Source: an uncultured Ignavibacteria bacterium | Lineage (GTDB): Bacteria; Zixibacteria; MSB-5A5; CAIYYT01 | DNA: 64,000 nt | NCBI GenBank assembly: GCA_964617645.1 | Contig: CAZTYE010000007.1 | Coordinates: forward strand, 88,203 to 152,202 | Reading direction: 5' to 3' | In this document: one piece after another, positions 44,385 through 54,118 of the stretch | Position numbering within the stretch: the first letter of the stretch is position 1 | How the letters are laid out: every line of letters begins with the position of its first letter | Made by a program: the position numbers and the translations under genes | The notes under the pieces: generated by a model | Seen by the model: only the letters and a program-made list of their open reading frames with translations | Databases searched by the model: none | Told to the model about the DNA's origin: nothing

Positions 44385-45959
44385 ATGAGCCCGTCGAACT
44401 CAGCGCGAATCAACTCAGAGACAGTTCCATCAGTCGCCGACCAGATCGCAACGCTACTGGAGACGGCAACCGCGGCGGCTAACCGCGGCGATTTCCAAGC
44501 TGCCGGACTTACATTGCGCAGTGCCTGCGCCCAAATGCCTTTAGTGCACGATCTGTGGTTACAGTGCGCCGATCTACTTCACCGTAGCAGTGACCTCGAA
44601 TCGACCGAGGCATGCCTGCGCGAGGCAATCTCCTTTCATCCGCGAAGCCGGGAGCTCAATCACAGTCTGGGCTTGATTCTCATGCAGGCAGGGCGGAGCG
44701 CAGAAGCTAAAGAGTACTTGGAGAACGCGCTCTCCTTGGCGCCCGAAAACGTTGACGTGCTCAATGACTATGCGGTATTACTCGACCATCTCGGCGAATT
44801 CGATGCTGCTCTTGACCGATACGCAACGGGATTGACGCTGGCCGATGTCAGCCGGAAACTGGTCGCTAACTACATCGATTTAGCGCGGCGATTACGAAGC
44901 CGCGTGGATTTCGACCGCGCTACTGCGGTTTACCGCTCCAAGTGGGGCGCCGACAGCGAATCGTTCGAATGGGAGACCGTTGCCGGCGCCGTGACGCCGA
45001 TTGCGACGACACCACGCCGAGCCAAAATCGCGTTTTTCGCGTCGAGCAAAACTTTCATCGATTCAACGATCCGAGAGTTGCAAAAACATCACGAAGTGCG
45101 GGTCGTGGAACGCCTCGACAATTCGCTCATGCAGTCAACGCTCCAGTGGTGTGATTTGGCTTGGATCGAGTGGTGCGATCAGTTTGTAATTGCCGCATCC
45201 AAGCTGCCGAAGACCTGCAAAATCATCTGTCGCCTGCACAGCTATGAAGTGTTCACCGACTTACCGCGACAGGTGGATTGGAGCAAAATCGATCACCTCG
45301 TCTTGGTGAACGAGTCAGTCAAAGAGCTGCTCGCCTATAACACTCAAATATCTACGCCGACCAGCGTGATTTATAATGGCGTAGATATCGACAAGTTCAC
45401 GATACCGGCGAATAAGGTTCGCAGTAAGAGCATCTGCTCAATCGGCTACATTAACTACAAGAAGAATCCGGCGCTGCTGCTTTACTGCTTTAAGGCCATT
45501 CATGAGTGGGATCCGGAATTCACGTTTCATATCGCCGGTGAGCATCAAGACGCGCGCATTCAGGTCTATTGGGCACATCTCCTGCCAAAGTTGGGAATTC
45601 CGCTGCAATTTGACGGCTGGACCCACGACGTCCCCGAATATCTGCGCGACAAGGACTATGTGATCTCGACGTCGCTGTTCGAGTCATTTCACTATTCGAT
45701 TGCCGAGGGCATGGCATCCGGAGCGCTGCCGCTGATCCATGACTGGTTCGGCGCCGACAAGCTTTATCCGCGTGAATTTTTGTTCACGACGCCCGCTGAT
45801 TGCCTTCGATTGCTGAGGGAACTCGAGACTCAGGATCGTTGCCGCCTGCAACAAAGTTGTCGCCGTCATATCGTCTCGAGATTCGATCAGAAGAAGCAAC
45901 AGAGGCTTACGGAAAACCTAATTGATCAAGTTCTCTGGGGCAAGAGTGGGGAAGCATGA
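44385..45959 (+). CDS. TPR-repeat + GT-B (family 4/GT1-like) glycosyltransferase
   Basis: N-terminal TPR repeats. C-terminal glycos_transf_1-like EGMASGALPLIHDWFGA motif. Confidence 0.7.
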   Translation: MSPSNSARINSETVPSVADQIATLLETATAAANRGDFQAAGLTLRSACAQMPLVHDLWLQCADLLHRSSDLESTEACLREAISFHPRSRELNHSLGLILMQAGRSAEAKEYLENALSLAPENVDVLNDYAVLLDHLGEFDAALDRYATGLTLADVSRKLVANYIDLARRLRSRVDFDRATAVYRSKWGADSESFEWETVAGAVTPIATTPRRAKIAFFASSKTFIDSTIRELQKHHEVRVVERLDNSLMQSTLQWCDLAWIEWCDQFVIAASKLPKTCKIICRLHSYEVFTDLPRQVDWSKIDHLVLVNESVKELLAYNTQISTPTSVIYNGVDIDKFTIPANKVRSKSICSIGYINYKKNPALLLYCFKAIHEWDPEFTFHIAGEHQDARIQVYWAHLLPKLGIPLQFDGWTHDVPEYLRDKDYVISTSLFESFHYSIAEGMASGALPLIHDWFGADKLYPREFLFTTPADCLRLLRELETQDRCRLQQSCRRHIVSRFDQKKQQRLTENLIDQVLWGKSGEA

Positions 45960-48571
45960 GCAAGCGAACTAAGGGCCGCACGGCGAAGAAGAATAGAGCG
46001 ACCGAAGCAGTCACCGACCCCGCAGAATTGACCGAGTTGTACAGAGCGGGAAACTATCGCAAGTGCTGGGATTGTGGTCGCGGTCAGCAGCTTCCTGACT
46101 CCGCCGGCGATGCCATTCTCGCAGTTGTCTGGAGCGGCTTCAGGCTCGGCTGCCTGGAACCGGCCGCCGGATTGCTCAGTCGATCGAGGGAACAGGTGCC
46201 GAGCTTTCGCCGCGCAGTTGCGTCTGCCGTCCTCGCGCATGGCGCAGGTGAATTCACCGAGTGCGTGGAGATCGCGCACGCAGTGCTTACGAATGATCAG
46301 GATCTAATCTCCGGCCTGACAGCCTCCGGACACCAATTCGAAGAAACCCGTGAATTCGTCACCGCAGTCGCGAACTCACTTCTACAGTTGCGGAAGCCGC
46401 AGGCGGCGGAAGAACTATTGCGCCGGGCCATATCGATCCGTGACAATGTCGCTGAATTCTACATTGAGCTTTACCAAATCGCGCGCCGTGAGGCCGATCA
46501 AGAGAAGCAACGGCGGATCTTAACTGATGGCATGGTGCGGGCCGCTCATAAGGACGACTTGGCAAAATTCGCCGCAAACTTGCTTGGTGAGCAACGCATC
46601 TCGGTGTGCATGATCGTCAAGAATGAGGAGAAGCTGCTCCCGCGAGCGCTGGCCAGCATTCACGAATTGGCCTACGAGATTATCGTGGTCGACACCGGCT
46701 CGACGGATCTGACGGTTGAGATCGCCGAGAGTTTCGGAGCCAAGGTCTTTCATCATGAATGGCAGAACGATTTTTCGCTCCACCGCAACCAGTCGTTAGC
46801 TTATGCAACCGGCGAGTGGGTGATGATTCTCGACGCGGACGAAGAACTTGTCGGCCAAGACGTCGGTAGACTACGGCAGGCGCTCTTAATCCCGAATCTC
46901 AACATTCTCTCGATCTCCGTGCACAACCAGCACCTGCGTACCGGTGAGACTACATCGTTTTTGCCGTCAGTCCGTTTGTGGCGCCGCAAGTTGAATCTCC
47001 ACTACGAAGGCATCGTCCACAACGAGCTGCGATTGCCGCCGACAGAACCGATCCTGCGCGTTGATGTCCGGCTAAACCACTTCGGTTACGGCCTTGACTG
47101 GGAGCAAATGAAGACGAAGATCGCGCGCAGTCGGGCGCTGCTGGAACAGCAGCTTGCGGACAACCCGAACCATGCATTCGCCAACTTCAATTTGGCACAA
47201 CTGCTGCGTGGCGAGTCGCAGAATCCATCTGCGGACACCTGCCGCAGGATAATCGAGCATGCCGGTCGGACCGTGAAATTCACCGATCCAGACAATCGGG
47301 ATCAGCGTCACCTGCACTTGATGGCGCTGGATCAGATGACGACCGCTTACTTCTATCTGAAAGATTATGAAAATGCCGAATCGTGCGCAAAACGCGCACT
47401 CGCGATCGACCCCGGTTATCTTGATCCGCTGTTCGCATTGGGGCATATCTATGCCGCACAACGCAACTTTGACGAGGCCATTCCCGCTTACCGGAATTTC
47501 ATTACCGCCGCCAACGCCTACGATCCCGGAAAAGAAACGACGAATTTTATACTACAGCACAGTCAGGATCAAGCATCCGCACACTTTGCGCTCGGGCTGA
47601 TTTACGAAGAGAAGCAAGATTGGGCCGCCGCCGAGTCGCATTTCCTGCAAGCATCCAAACTTCGCGAGCACCATCAGGACGTCGACACGCACCTGGCGTA
47701 CATCGCCTACCGGCGGGGCGAGTATGATACGGCGCAGAAGTATGCCGAACGACAGCTTAGGTCAACCGAGACTGATGTCCCGGCTCGATGGCTGTTGGCG
47801 AAGATTGCGCGCGCACGCGGCCTTTCGGCTGACGCACTTCGGCAATGTGAGATTATTCTGCAACATCATGCCGACCACAATCAAGCGCAGCAACTCAAGA
47901 TCGAGCTTCTCCGCGAACTGGGAAAGGAATCCGCCGCTGCGGCTGCGATTGATCAGGCGCTAAGAGCTGATCCGGAGAATCCGACGGTGCTCAATCAGCA
48001 AGCGGAAATGCTCATCGCGAGCGGCCGGCACGAGCAGGCGTTGGCAGTGTACAGCCGCCTTGTAAAGCACAACGCTCAAGACGCCGAGACGCACAACAAT
48101 ATCGGCAATTGCTACTACCGCCTCTGCGATTACGCCGCGGCGGCTCGCGCTTATGAACTCGCGCTTTCGATTCGGCCGCAGCTTGTGCCGGCGCTGAGAA
48201 ACCTCGGCCTGACGTATTGTAAGCTCGATGATCCGGCGGCGGCGATTGCGCATCTCAGTCGCTACCTCGACTACGCCAAGGGTGATCTTGAGATCGAGTA
48301 CCTGGTCGCGCGCTTGCTCTTCGATCTCAATCGCTACAGCGAGGCGATTCACTTTGTTGAGCGCGGCCTGCAGAAGCATCCGCGTTCAGCGGAGTTGGTC
48401 GCGTTTCTTGCCGACTGTTACAACCGTTTGGGACACTTCGATAGCGCGCGGCTCGGATACCGGCAGGCGCTGCAGCTCGATCCGAGCATGACGCAAGTGC
48501 GCGACATTCTCTCGCAACTCGAAACACAGTTGGCGCAGACGTCGAAAATCCCGGTGGTAAAGGAGCGCTAA
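45956..48571 (+). CDS. TPR-GT2-TPR glycosyltransferase (candidate flagellin O-glycosyltransferase, FgtA-like architecture)
   Basis: Central GT-A/GT2 domain (CMIVKNEEKLLPRALASIHELAYEIIVVDTGSTD…ILDADEEL) flanked by many TPR repeats. ATGA start/stop overlap with the upstream gene. Confidence 0.75.
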   Translation: MSKRTKGRTAKKNRATEAVTDPAELTELYRAGNYRKCWDCGRGQQLPDSAGDAILAVVWSGFRLGCLEPAAGLLSRSREQVPSFRRAVASAVLAHGAGEFTECVEIAHAVLTNDQDLISGLTASGHQFEETREFVTAVANSLLQLRKPQAAEELLRRAISIRDNVAEFYIELYQIARREADQEKQRRILTDGMVRAAHKDDLAKFAANLLGEQRISVCMIVKNEEKLLPRALASIHELAYEIIVVDTGSTDLTVEIAESFGAKVFHHEWQNDFSLHRNQSLAYATGEWVMILDADEELVGQDVGRLRQALLIPNLNILSISVHNQHLRTGETTSFLPSVRLWRRKLNLHYEGIVHNELRLPPTEPILRVDVRLNHFGYGLDWEQMKTKIARSRALLEQQLADNPNHAFANFNLAQLLRGESQNPSADTCRRIIEHAGRTVKFTDPDNRDQRHLHLMALDQMTTAYFYLKDYENAESCAKRALAIDPGYLDPLFALGHIYAAQRNFDEAIPAYRNFITAANAYDPGKETTNFILQHSQDQASAHFALGLIYEEKQDWAAAESHFLQASKLREHHQDVDTHLAYIAYRRGEYDTAQKYAERQLRSTETDVPARWLLAKIARARGLSADALRQCEIILQHHADHNQAQQLKIELLRELGKESAAAAAIDQALRADPENPTVLNQQAEMLIASGRHEQALAVYSRLVKHNAQDAETHNNIGNCYYRLCDYAAAARAYELALSIRPQLVPALRNLGLTYCKLDDPAAAIAHLSRYLDYAKGDLEIEYLVARLLFDLNRYSEAIHFVERGLQKHPRSAELVAFLADCYNRLGHFDSARLGYRQALQLDPSMTQVRDILSQLETQLAQTSKIPVVKER

Positions 48572-49659
48572 TGATGCGAGTTGAATTGTGCGCGTTCGAT
48601 GCGACCAAGGCGAATGATCTACTGATGCGAATCCCGCACCATGTGCAGAACACGGCGGCATGGTTCGATTTCGTCCACGAGTTCAGTGGCGAAGAAGAAG
48701 TCTCGATCGGCTTTGCAATTGGCGGAGAATTCCGAGGCTTTGTGCGCGCGCTACGATTCAAGAATCTCATTCAGTCATTGCCGTATCCGGCAAGCTATTC
48801 GGGACCGGTGTTTGATCCGGAGGTCGGAGAAGGAGAGCGAATCGCTTGCCTCAATCTGCTCATCGAACACCTCGCCACACGCTGCGACGTTTTTTCAATC
48901 ACCGGTTCGCCGCTCATGCGCCAGGATTTCACCGGTATAACAGAATCGGTGCATGTGTTGCGTAACCGCATCGACGTAATCGACCTCAGCGCGCCGCCGC
49001 TCGCCGGCACAACATCCAAATTTCGCAACAATCTCAAGCGGAACTTGCGCAAAGCGGAAGCCGCCGGTGTCCGCGGCAAGCTACAGCACGATACCGAGCT
49101 GCTCGGCCGCTGGTATCAGGTTTACGAACGGCGTATGCGGCAGTTGAACGCGCCGACCCTGCCGCTGCGCTATTTCGAATTGATGTTCCGTCACCTGCAG
49201 CCGCACGGCCAAGTTGCCCTGCTCAGCTCGCTCAGCGGAAAAGAATATTTTGGGGGGACGATTGTCGTCTACAATCGACATTGCGCCGACTATTACCTCA
49301 GCGTCTATGACCGCGAATACGACGATCTACAGGCATCAACTGCCGGCCTCCACTTCTTAATTCACTGGCTGAAATCGCAGAGCGTCACGCTGTTCAACCT
49401 GCAGGCGTCGCCATCAACTCAAGGCGAGTTGGCGCACTTCAAACAATCGTGGGGCGCGCAGAGTCGTGAGCATGTCTACACTTCAGCAGTCCTAAATTCC
49501 GCGACAAACTTGTTGCAGACAATGCCGAAAGAAATTCGACAAAGTTATCCGTTTCACTTTGTCGTGCCATTCTCTGCTCTGGTGAACTGCCCGTCAGCGG
49601 GGCCGGTGGAGTTCGCAACGGACGATTCGCAGTGCGGCAAGGAGGTTGCAACGCCATGA
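48571..49659 (+). CDS. FemAB-like / GNAT-fold acyltransferase family protein
   Basis: 362 aa. Architecture and motifs resemble the FemAB-type (Acetyltransf_6-like) family often found in glycan loci. Weak assignment. Confidence 0.45.
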   Translation: MMRVELCAFDATKANDLLMRIPHHVQNTAAWFDFVHEFSGEEEVSIGFAIGGEFRGFVRALRFKNLIQSLPYPASYSGPVFDPEVGEGERIACLNLLIEHLATRCDVFSITGSPLMRQDFTGITESVHVLRNRIDVIDLSAPPLAGTTSKFRNNLKRNLRKAEAAGVRGKLQHDTELLGRWYQVYERRMRQLNAPTLPLRYFELMFRHLQPHGQVALLSSLSGKEYFGGTIVVYNRHCADYYLSVYDREYDDLQASTAGLHFLIHWLKSQSVTLFNLQASPSTQGELAHFKQSWGAQSREHVYTSAVLNSATNLLQTMPKEIRQSYPFHFVVPFSALVNCPSAGPVEFATDDSQCGKEVATP

Positions 49660-50678
49660 TTTCAGGAAAGACGATTTTCATTACCGGCGGCGCCGGGTTC
49701 ATTGGCTCGGCGCTGGCAGAACGGCTGGTCGAGGATAATCGCATAATCATTTATGATAATTTCCGGCGCAATTCGCTTGTCGACAAGTCTTGGCTGTCGT
49801 CGCACCGCAACATCGAACTGGTCGCTGGCGACATTCGCGATCGCGGCGCGCTCACGCATGCCATCGCCGGCGCAAACATCGTGATTCACGCGGCGGCGAT
49901 TGCCGGTGTCGACTCGGTGCTTCGCGACCCGGTGGGGACAATGGAAGTCAATGTCATCGGCACCTACAATGTGTTCATGACGTGCCTCGAATCCTGCGGG
50001 CGGCTGGAGCGTGTAATCGACTTTTCAACCAGCGAAGTATTTGGCGCTTACGCCTACAAAGTCACCGAAGAGAACCTCAAGCCGGCGCTCACCGTTGGTG
50101 AGGCACGCTGGTCTTATGCCGTCAGCAAACTGACCGGCGAGTTCTTCGCCAACAGTTTTTTCAGCAAACACGGGCTGCCGATTGTCTGCGTGCGGCCGTT
50201 CAATATTTATGGACCGGGCCAAGTCGGCGAAGGCGCCATTCACCATTTCGTCGTGAATGCCATTCAAAATCGCGACCTGACAATTCATGCCGACGGCAGC
50301 CAAATTCGCGCCTGGTGTTACATCGACGATATCCTCGACGCGCTGGTGGAAATTCTCTCCAACGATCGCGCCATCGGTCACGCATTCAACATCGGCAATC
50401 CGAAAAGCACGGTCACGATTTATCATCTCGCCCGCGAAGTCATCCGCGTGGCACAGTCGCGATCGGGATTGGTGTTCAAGGAGATGACCTCGCCGGACGT
50501 CGAAGTGCGCATTCCGGACATCCACAAGGCCCGCGAAATACTGGGATTTGAGCCGTTAGTCGAGTTAGAGGATGGTCTCAAGCGGACAATCGACTGGTAT
50601 CGACAGAAGCTCAACGGCGGTCTTGAACCGCGTCGCCGCGCACTGAAAATCAAAGAGGGAATTGGCCATGCCGTCTAA
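49656..50678 (+). CDS. NAD-dependent sugar epimerase/dehydratase (extended SDR)
   Basis: Rossmann motif FITGGAGFIGSALAERL and catalytic YxxxK (YAVSK). Confidence 0.85.
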   Translation: MISGKTIFITGGAGFIGSALAERLVEDNRIIIYDNFRRNSLVDKSWLSSHRNIELVAGDIRDRGALTHAIAGANIVIHAAAIAGVDSVLRDPVGTMEVNVIGTYNVFMTCLESCGRLERVIDFSTSEVFGAYAYKVTEENLKPALTVGEARWSYAVSKLTGEFFANSFFSKHGLPIVCVRPFNIYGPGQVGEGAIHHFVVNAIQNRDLTIHADGSQIRAWCYIDDILDALVEILSNDRAIGHAFNIGNPKSTVTIYHLAREVIRVAQSRSGLVFKEMTSPDVEVRIPDIHKAREILGFEPLVELEDGLKRTIDWYRQKLNGGLEPRRRALKIKEGIGHAV

Positions 50679-51705
50679 AATCACACTTGCCGCAAAACCG
50701 TGGGAACGCTTCTATGGATTTGCCAACGACAACGACAAGATTTTCCCCAACATGGTGCATCTGGATCTGATTAATATCTGCAACTTTCGATGTATCCACT
50801 GTCCTCAGCACGATATCAAGAAGTTTGTGCCCGACTACCAGCAAAACCAACTGGATTGGGATGTCTTCACCCGCGTCATCGACGAAGTCGCCGAACATGG
50901 CGCGACACTGCGCATTACCTGCGACGGTGAGCCATTCCTCTACAAGCACATCGTTAAAGCGATTCACTACATCAAGGATCGTGGCGTCAAAATCGCTACG
51001 ATCGTGACTAACGGTAGCGCGCTGAGCAAGCCAATTGCCGAGGCGATCCTGCGGCCTTCCGCGACGAAACTCGTCATCGACTTCAGCCTCGACAGCCTGT
51101 ACAAGTCGACTTACGAGAAAATCCGCCTGCAGGGGAACTTCGTTGAAGTGTACAGCAATGTGCTGTTCCTGCTGAAAAATCGATCGCTGAATCCTAATCT
51201 GCGCATCATCGTAAACATGATTGATCAAGACACTTTGGAAGCAGGCGAGCTGGAATCATTTGAGAAATTCTGGCGCCCGATCGCGGACGACGTGGTTGTG
51301 CGCACGTATCTCACGGTCAAGGGTATGGTCAACTCTTCGACTCTGCGGATGGATGATGACCAATATCGCTGGCCCTGCTCCTTGCTTTGGAATCGCATTT
51401 CGGTGTCGTCGCACGGTCGGCCGCGATTTTGCGTCGCCGATTGGCGTGAACAGTCGGCTTTTCGCGACTTCGACTTGCTCAAGATGTCAATCAAGGAAAT
51501 CTGGCAATCGGATCGCTACGATAAGTTGCGAAAGATCCATCTTGACAGGGAATTCTCGAAAATCAGGATTTGCGAACACTGCACCGATTGGTTCGGTCTG
51601 AAGTGGGATTATGACTACCGCACGTTGATTGACAAGCTCTTCGCCCCGAAGGAGCGCATCTCTGAAGCGTCCCGGATCTCAGTGGAGGCTCCGGTCAATG
51701 TCTGA
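50668..51705 (+). CDS. radical SAM enzyme with C-terminal auxiliary Cys cluster (SPASM/twitch-like)
   Basis: CNFRCIHCPQ (CxxxCxxC). C-terminal Cys-rich block CSLLWNRISVSSHGRPRFCVADW…ICEHCTDW. Confidence 0.75.
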   Translation: MPSKITLAAKPWERFYGFANDNDKIFPNMVHLDLINICNFRCIHCPQHDIKKFVPDYQQNQLDWDVFTRVIDEVAEHGATLRITCDGEPFLYKHIVKAIHYIKDRGVKIATIVTNGSALSKPIAEAILRPSATKLVIDFSLDSLYKSTYEKIRLQGNFVEVYSNVLFLLKNRSLNPNLRIIVNMIDQDTLEAGELESFEKFWRPIADDVVVRTYLTVKGMVNSSTLRMDDDQYRWPCSLLWNRISVSSHGRPRFCVADWREQSAFRDFDLLKMSIKEIWQSDRYDKLRKIHLDREFSKIRICEHCTDWFGLKWDYDYRTLIDKLFAPKERISEASRISVEAPVNV

Positions 51706-54118
51706 GGCTGTGACGATCCATGCCTTCGGTGAGCAAAACGCGGTTGCGGCATGGCTGAATCCATACTGCGACCTGCAATCCTCTACAGCCAAAGTTGTTG
51801 TCCGCCACGAAGGAGAATTCCAACTCGCCCGCTCGCAACAATTGCTCTCGAACGATAGCTGCCTGTGGATCGATCAACTCGACGCCGCGGTGGTAAGATT
51901 GACGCAAGTCGGAGTGCAGCATCGGGCGAGAACGATTCTGCGGGTTGAGTCATCGGATTTACTCGATAATGACCTATCGCAAATGCGCTGGGAGTTCTTC
52001 GACGCCGTCGTGCCGTCGGACAAGCTGGCGGAGGCCCTGCTCTTTGATGTCTGCGATCGTATCGAATCGTTCACGCGCGTTGTGCAACTGCCGATGGCAC
52101 TTGCCCTACCACATCTGGCCGTGGCCGACAAACGGCCGACCAAGACAATTGCCTACCGCGGGGCCTTGCGCCGTGACAATCGTTCGGAAATGCTGCTGCA
52201 ATTGCTCGCGGCGCTCGCGCGAGTCGATGCTCAATTCCGCTTGGTAATCGTTGGTGAATTCGAAAGCCGGAGTTGGCAAGCACATTTCGAGACGATGATT
52301 CAGGCGATGGGCTTGGCCGAACAGATCCGTTTCGAAGTGGCGCCACCGGACTGGATCGCATGGTATCGCGATAAGGATGCCATTATGCAACTGACGACAG
52401 ATTCAGTAAGCAGGCAGACGACACTTCTCGCTATGGCTTGCGGAGTCCGCCCAGTCGTTTACCGGCACTTTGGCGCCGAAAATCACTACATGCCCGACAT
52501 GATATTCTCGTCACTCGATGACGCCGCGCAGTTGATTCGGCACAGCCCGTGGGAACCGTTACGCTGGCGCAATCAGATCAGCGAACAACAAGATCCCGAG
52601 CAGAACTACGCCCGCTTCCGATCAATCGTGGAATTCGCGTCGAGCGAGGCGAGTCCCATGGTAAGCATACTGCTCCCTACTTTCAACCGGGCCAAAATGC
52701 TGGAGGGTACGTTGGCGCGGCTCGGCCGGCAGACATATCGCAACATTGAGATCGTGGCGGTTGATGACTGCTCCGAAGACGAAACACCGGAGGTACTGGC
52801 ACGGGCCGCCCGAGCCGATTCCCGTGTAGTCACGAGCAGAAACCCAGTGAATGAAGGCAATGCGCGAGCGATGGCGACTGCCGCGCGGATGGCTGCCGGC
52901 GAGTTCGTACTGGTATTCTCCGACGATGACGATTTGGCCGAAGACGCCGTCGAGAAGCTGGTCGAGTGCGTTCGCCGCAAACAACCGGATCTGATTTACT
53001 CCAATCTCGAAATCATCGACCAGAATGGCAATTCGCAAGGAGTGTGGCAATATCGCAATTATTACGACACGCGCGACCTTCTTCAGCGACTTGTCGCCAA
53101 CGACGGCAACTTGATCCCGGAAGTGTTTTTCTGCCGGCGCGAACTGTACGCGGAACTATATGAGGAAACGTACTCCCGGCGATTTCTCAACACCTATTAC
53201 CTGCCGCATCTTCGCCGACTGCGGATGCTTCATCTGCCGCTGCCGCTATATCGCTACCGCGTCCACGGCGGGAGCACGTTCAGTTCAGCCCGAGGATTGC
53301 TTGATCGCAGCAAGTCAACACAAAATTACATCAATGCGGCGTTGTTCATGTACTCGCCGCTGAACATTTTCGGCGGCAACTCGCAGAGCACGGTTGTCGA
53401 GCAATACGCTGCGGCATGCTATCAAGCGGCCGAACTGCTCATCGCGTTGGGAGACCGGCATCGTGAAGGCCGGAATTATGCCGGAGCCGAATTCACCGCG
53501 ACAGATCGATTATGGTGGGTGTACTACTTTAATGCCTTTCATTGGCTCATGCAGGCGAAGTTGCACAGCGACGATCATCGGATTCACGATGGGCTTCAGG
53601 CAAAGATCCTTGCCGAGTGCGACCCGGGTGCATTCAATCCCGAGCGGGATACGGCCTTGCCGAGTTTCTATCGAGAACTGCCGTGGTTCGCGAACAAGGG
53701 GTTCAATAATCTCGGTGATTTTGTCGCGCTCGACATGCTGACCATGGGCGCCAAGCCACCTCTGGATCAAAGCAGCTATACACTTTGGCGTGGTGGCAAG
53801 GCACATCTGCGCGCCGAGAACCGCATCGCCACTGACATCGACCAAGCAATCACCGAGTTGGAATCAAGGCCGATTACGGCAGTAAACGTCTGCGACGCAA
53901 AATATCTTGCGCCACTACTCAGTTACTTGATTGAGAACGGTCGACTGGCTGTGAACGTAATGAATCTTGCCGGGATTACGATTCCACAGCTTGAGACATA
54001 TCGCAACCTCTTCACTCCGGAAATTCCGATAGTATCGTTCGCCGACTATCTTCGCTGGATCACCAATGTAACGACGAGATGTAACTATGCGCGTTCCGTT
54101 GTCGAAGCCGCTGTTTGA
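51698..54118 (+). CDS. multi-domain glycosyltransferase (GT-B-like N-terminal region + GT2 domain + ~350-aa unknown C-terminal domain)
   Basis: GT2 motif SILLPTFNRAKMLEGTLARLGRQTYRNIEIVAVDDCSED…FSDDDD. N-terminal region resembles a glycos_transf_1 C-terminus. 807 aa. Confidence 0.65.
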   Translation: MSEAVTIHAFGEQNAVAAWLNPYCDLQSSTAKVVVRHEGEFQLARSQQLLSNDSCLWIDQLDAAVVRLTQVGVQHRARTILRVESSDLLDNDLSQMRWEFFDAVVPSDKLAEALLFDVCDRIESFTRVVQLPMALALPHLAVADKRPTKTIAYRGALRRDNRSEMLLQLLAALARVDAQFRLVIVGEFESRSWQAHFETMIQAMGLAEQIRFEVAPPDWIAWYRDKDAIMQLTTDSVSRQTTLLAMACGVRPVVYRHFGAENHYMPDMIFSSLDDAAQLIRHSPWEPLRWRNQISEQQDPEQNYARFRSIVEFASSEASPMVSILLPTFNRAKMLEGTLARLGRQTYRNIEIVAVDDCSEDETPEVLARAARADSRVVTSRNPVNEGNARAMATAARMAAGEFVLVFSDDDDLAEDAVEKLVECVRRKQPDLIYSNLEIIDQNGNSQGVWQYRNYYDTRDLLQRLVANDGNLIPEVFFCRRELYAELYEETYSRRFLNTYYLPHLRRLRMLHLPLPLYRYRVHGGSTFSSARGLLDRSKSTQNYINAALFMYSPLNIFGGNSQSTVVEQYAAACYQAAELLIALGDRHREGRNYAGAEFTATDRLWWVYYFNAFHWLMQAKLHSDDHRIHDGLQAKILAECDPGAFNPERDTALPSFYRELPWFANKGFNNLGDFVALDMLTMGAKPPLDQSSYTLWRGGKAHLRAENRIATDIDQAITELESRPITAVNVCDAKYLAPLLSYLIENGRLAVNVMNLAGITIPQLETYRNLFTPEIPIVSFADYLRWITNVTTRCNYARSVVEAAV

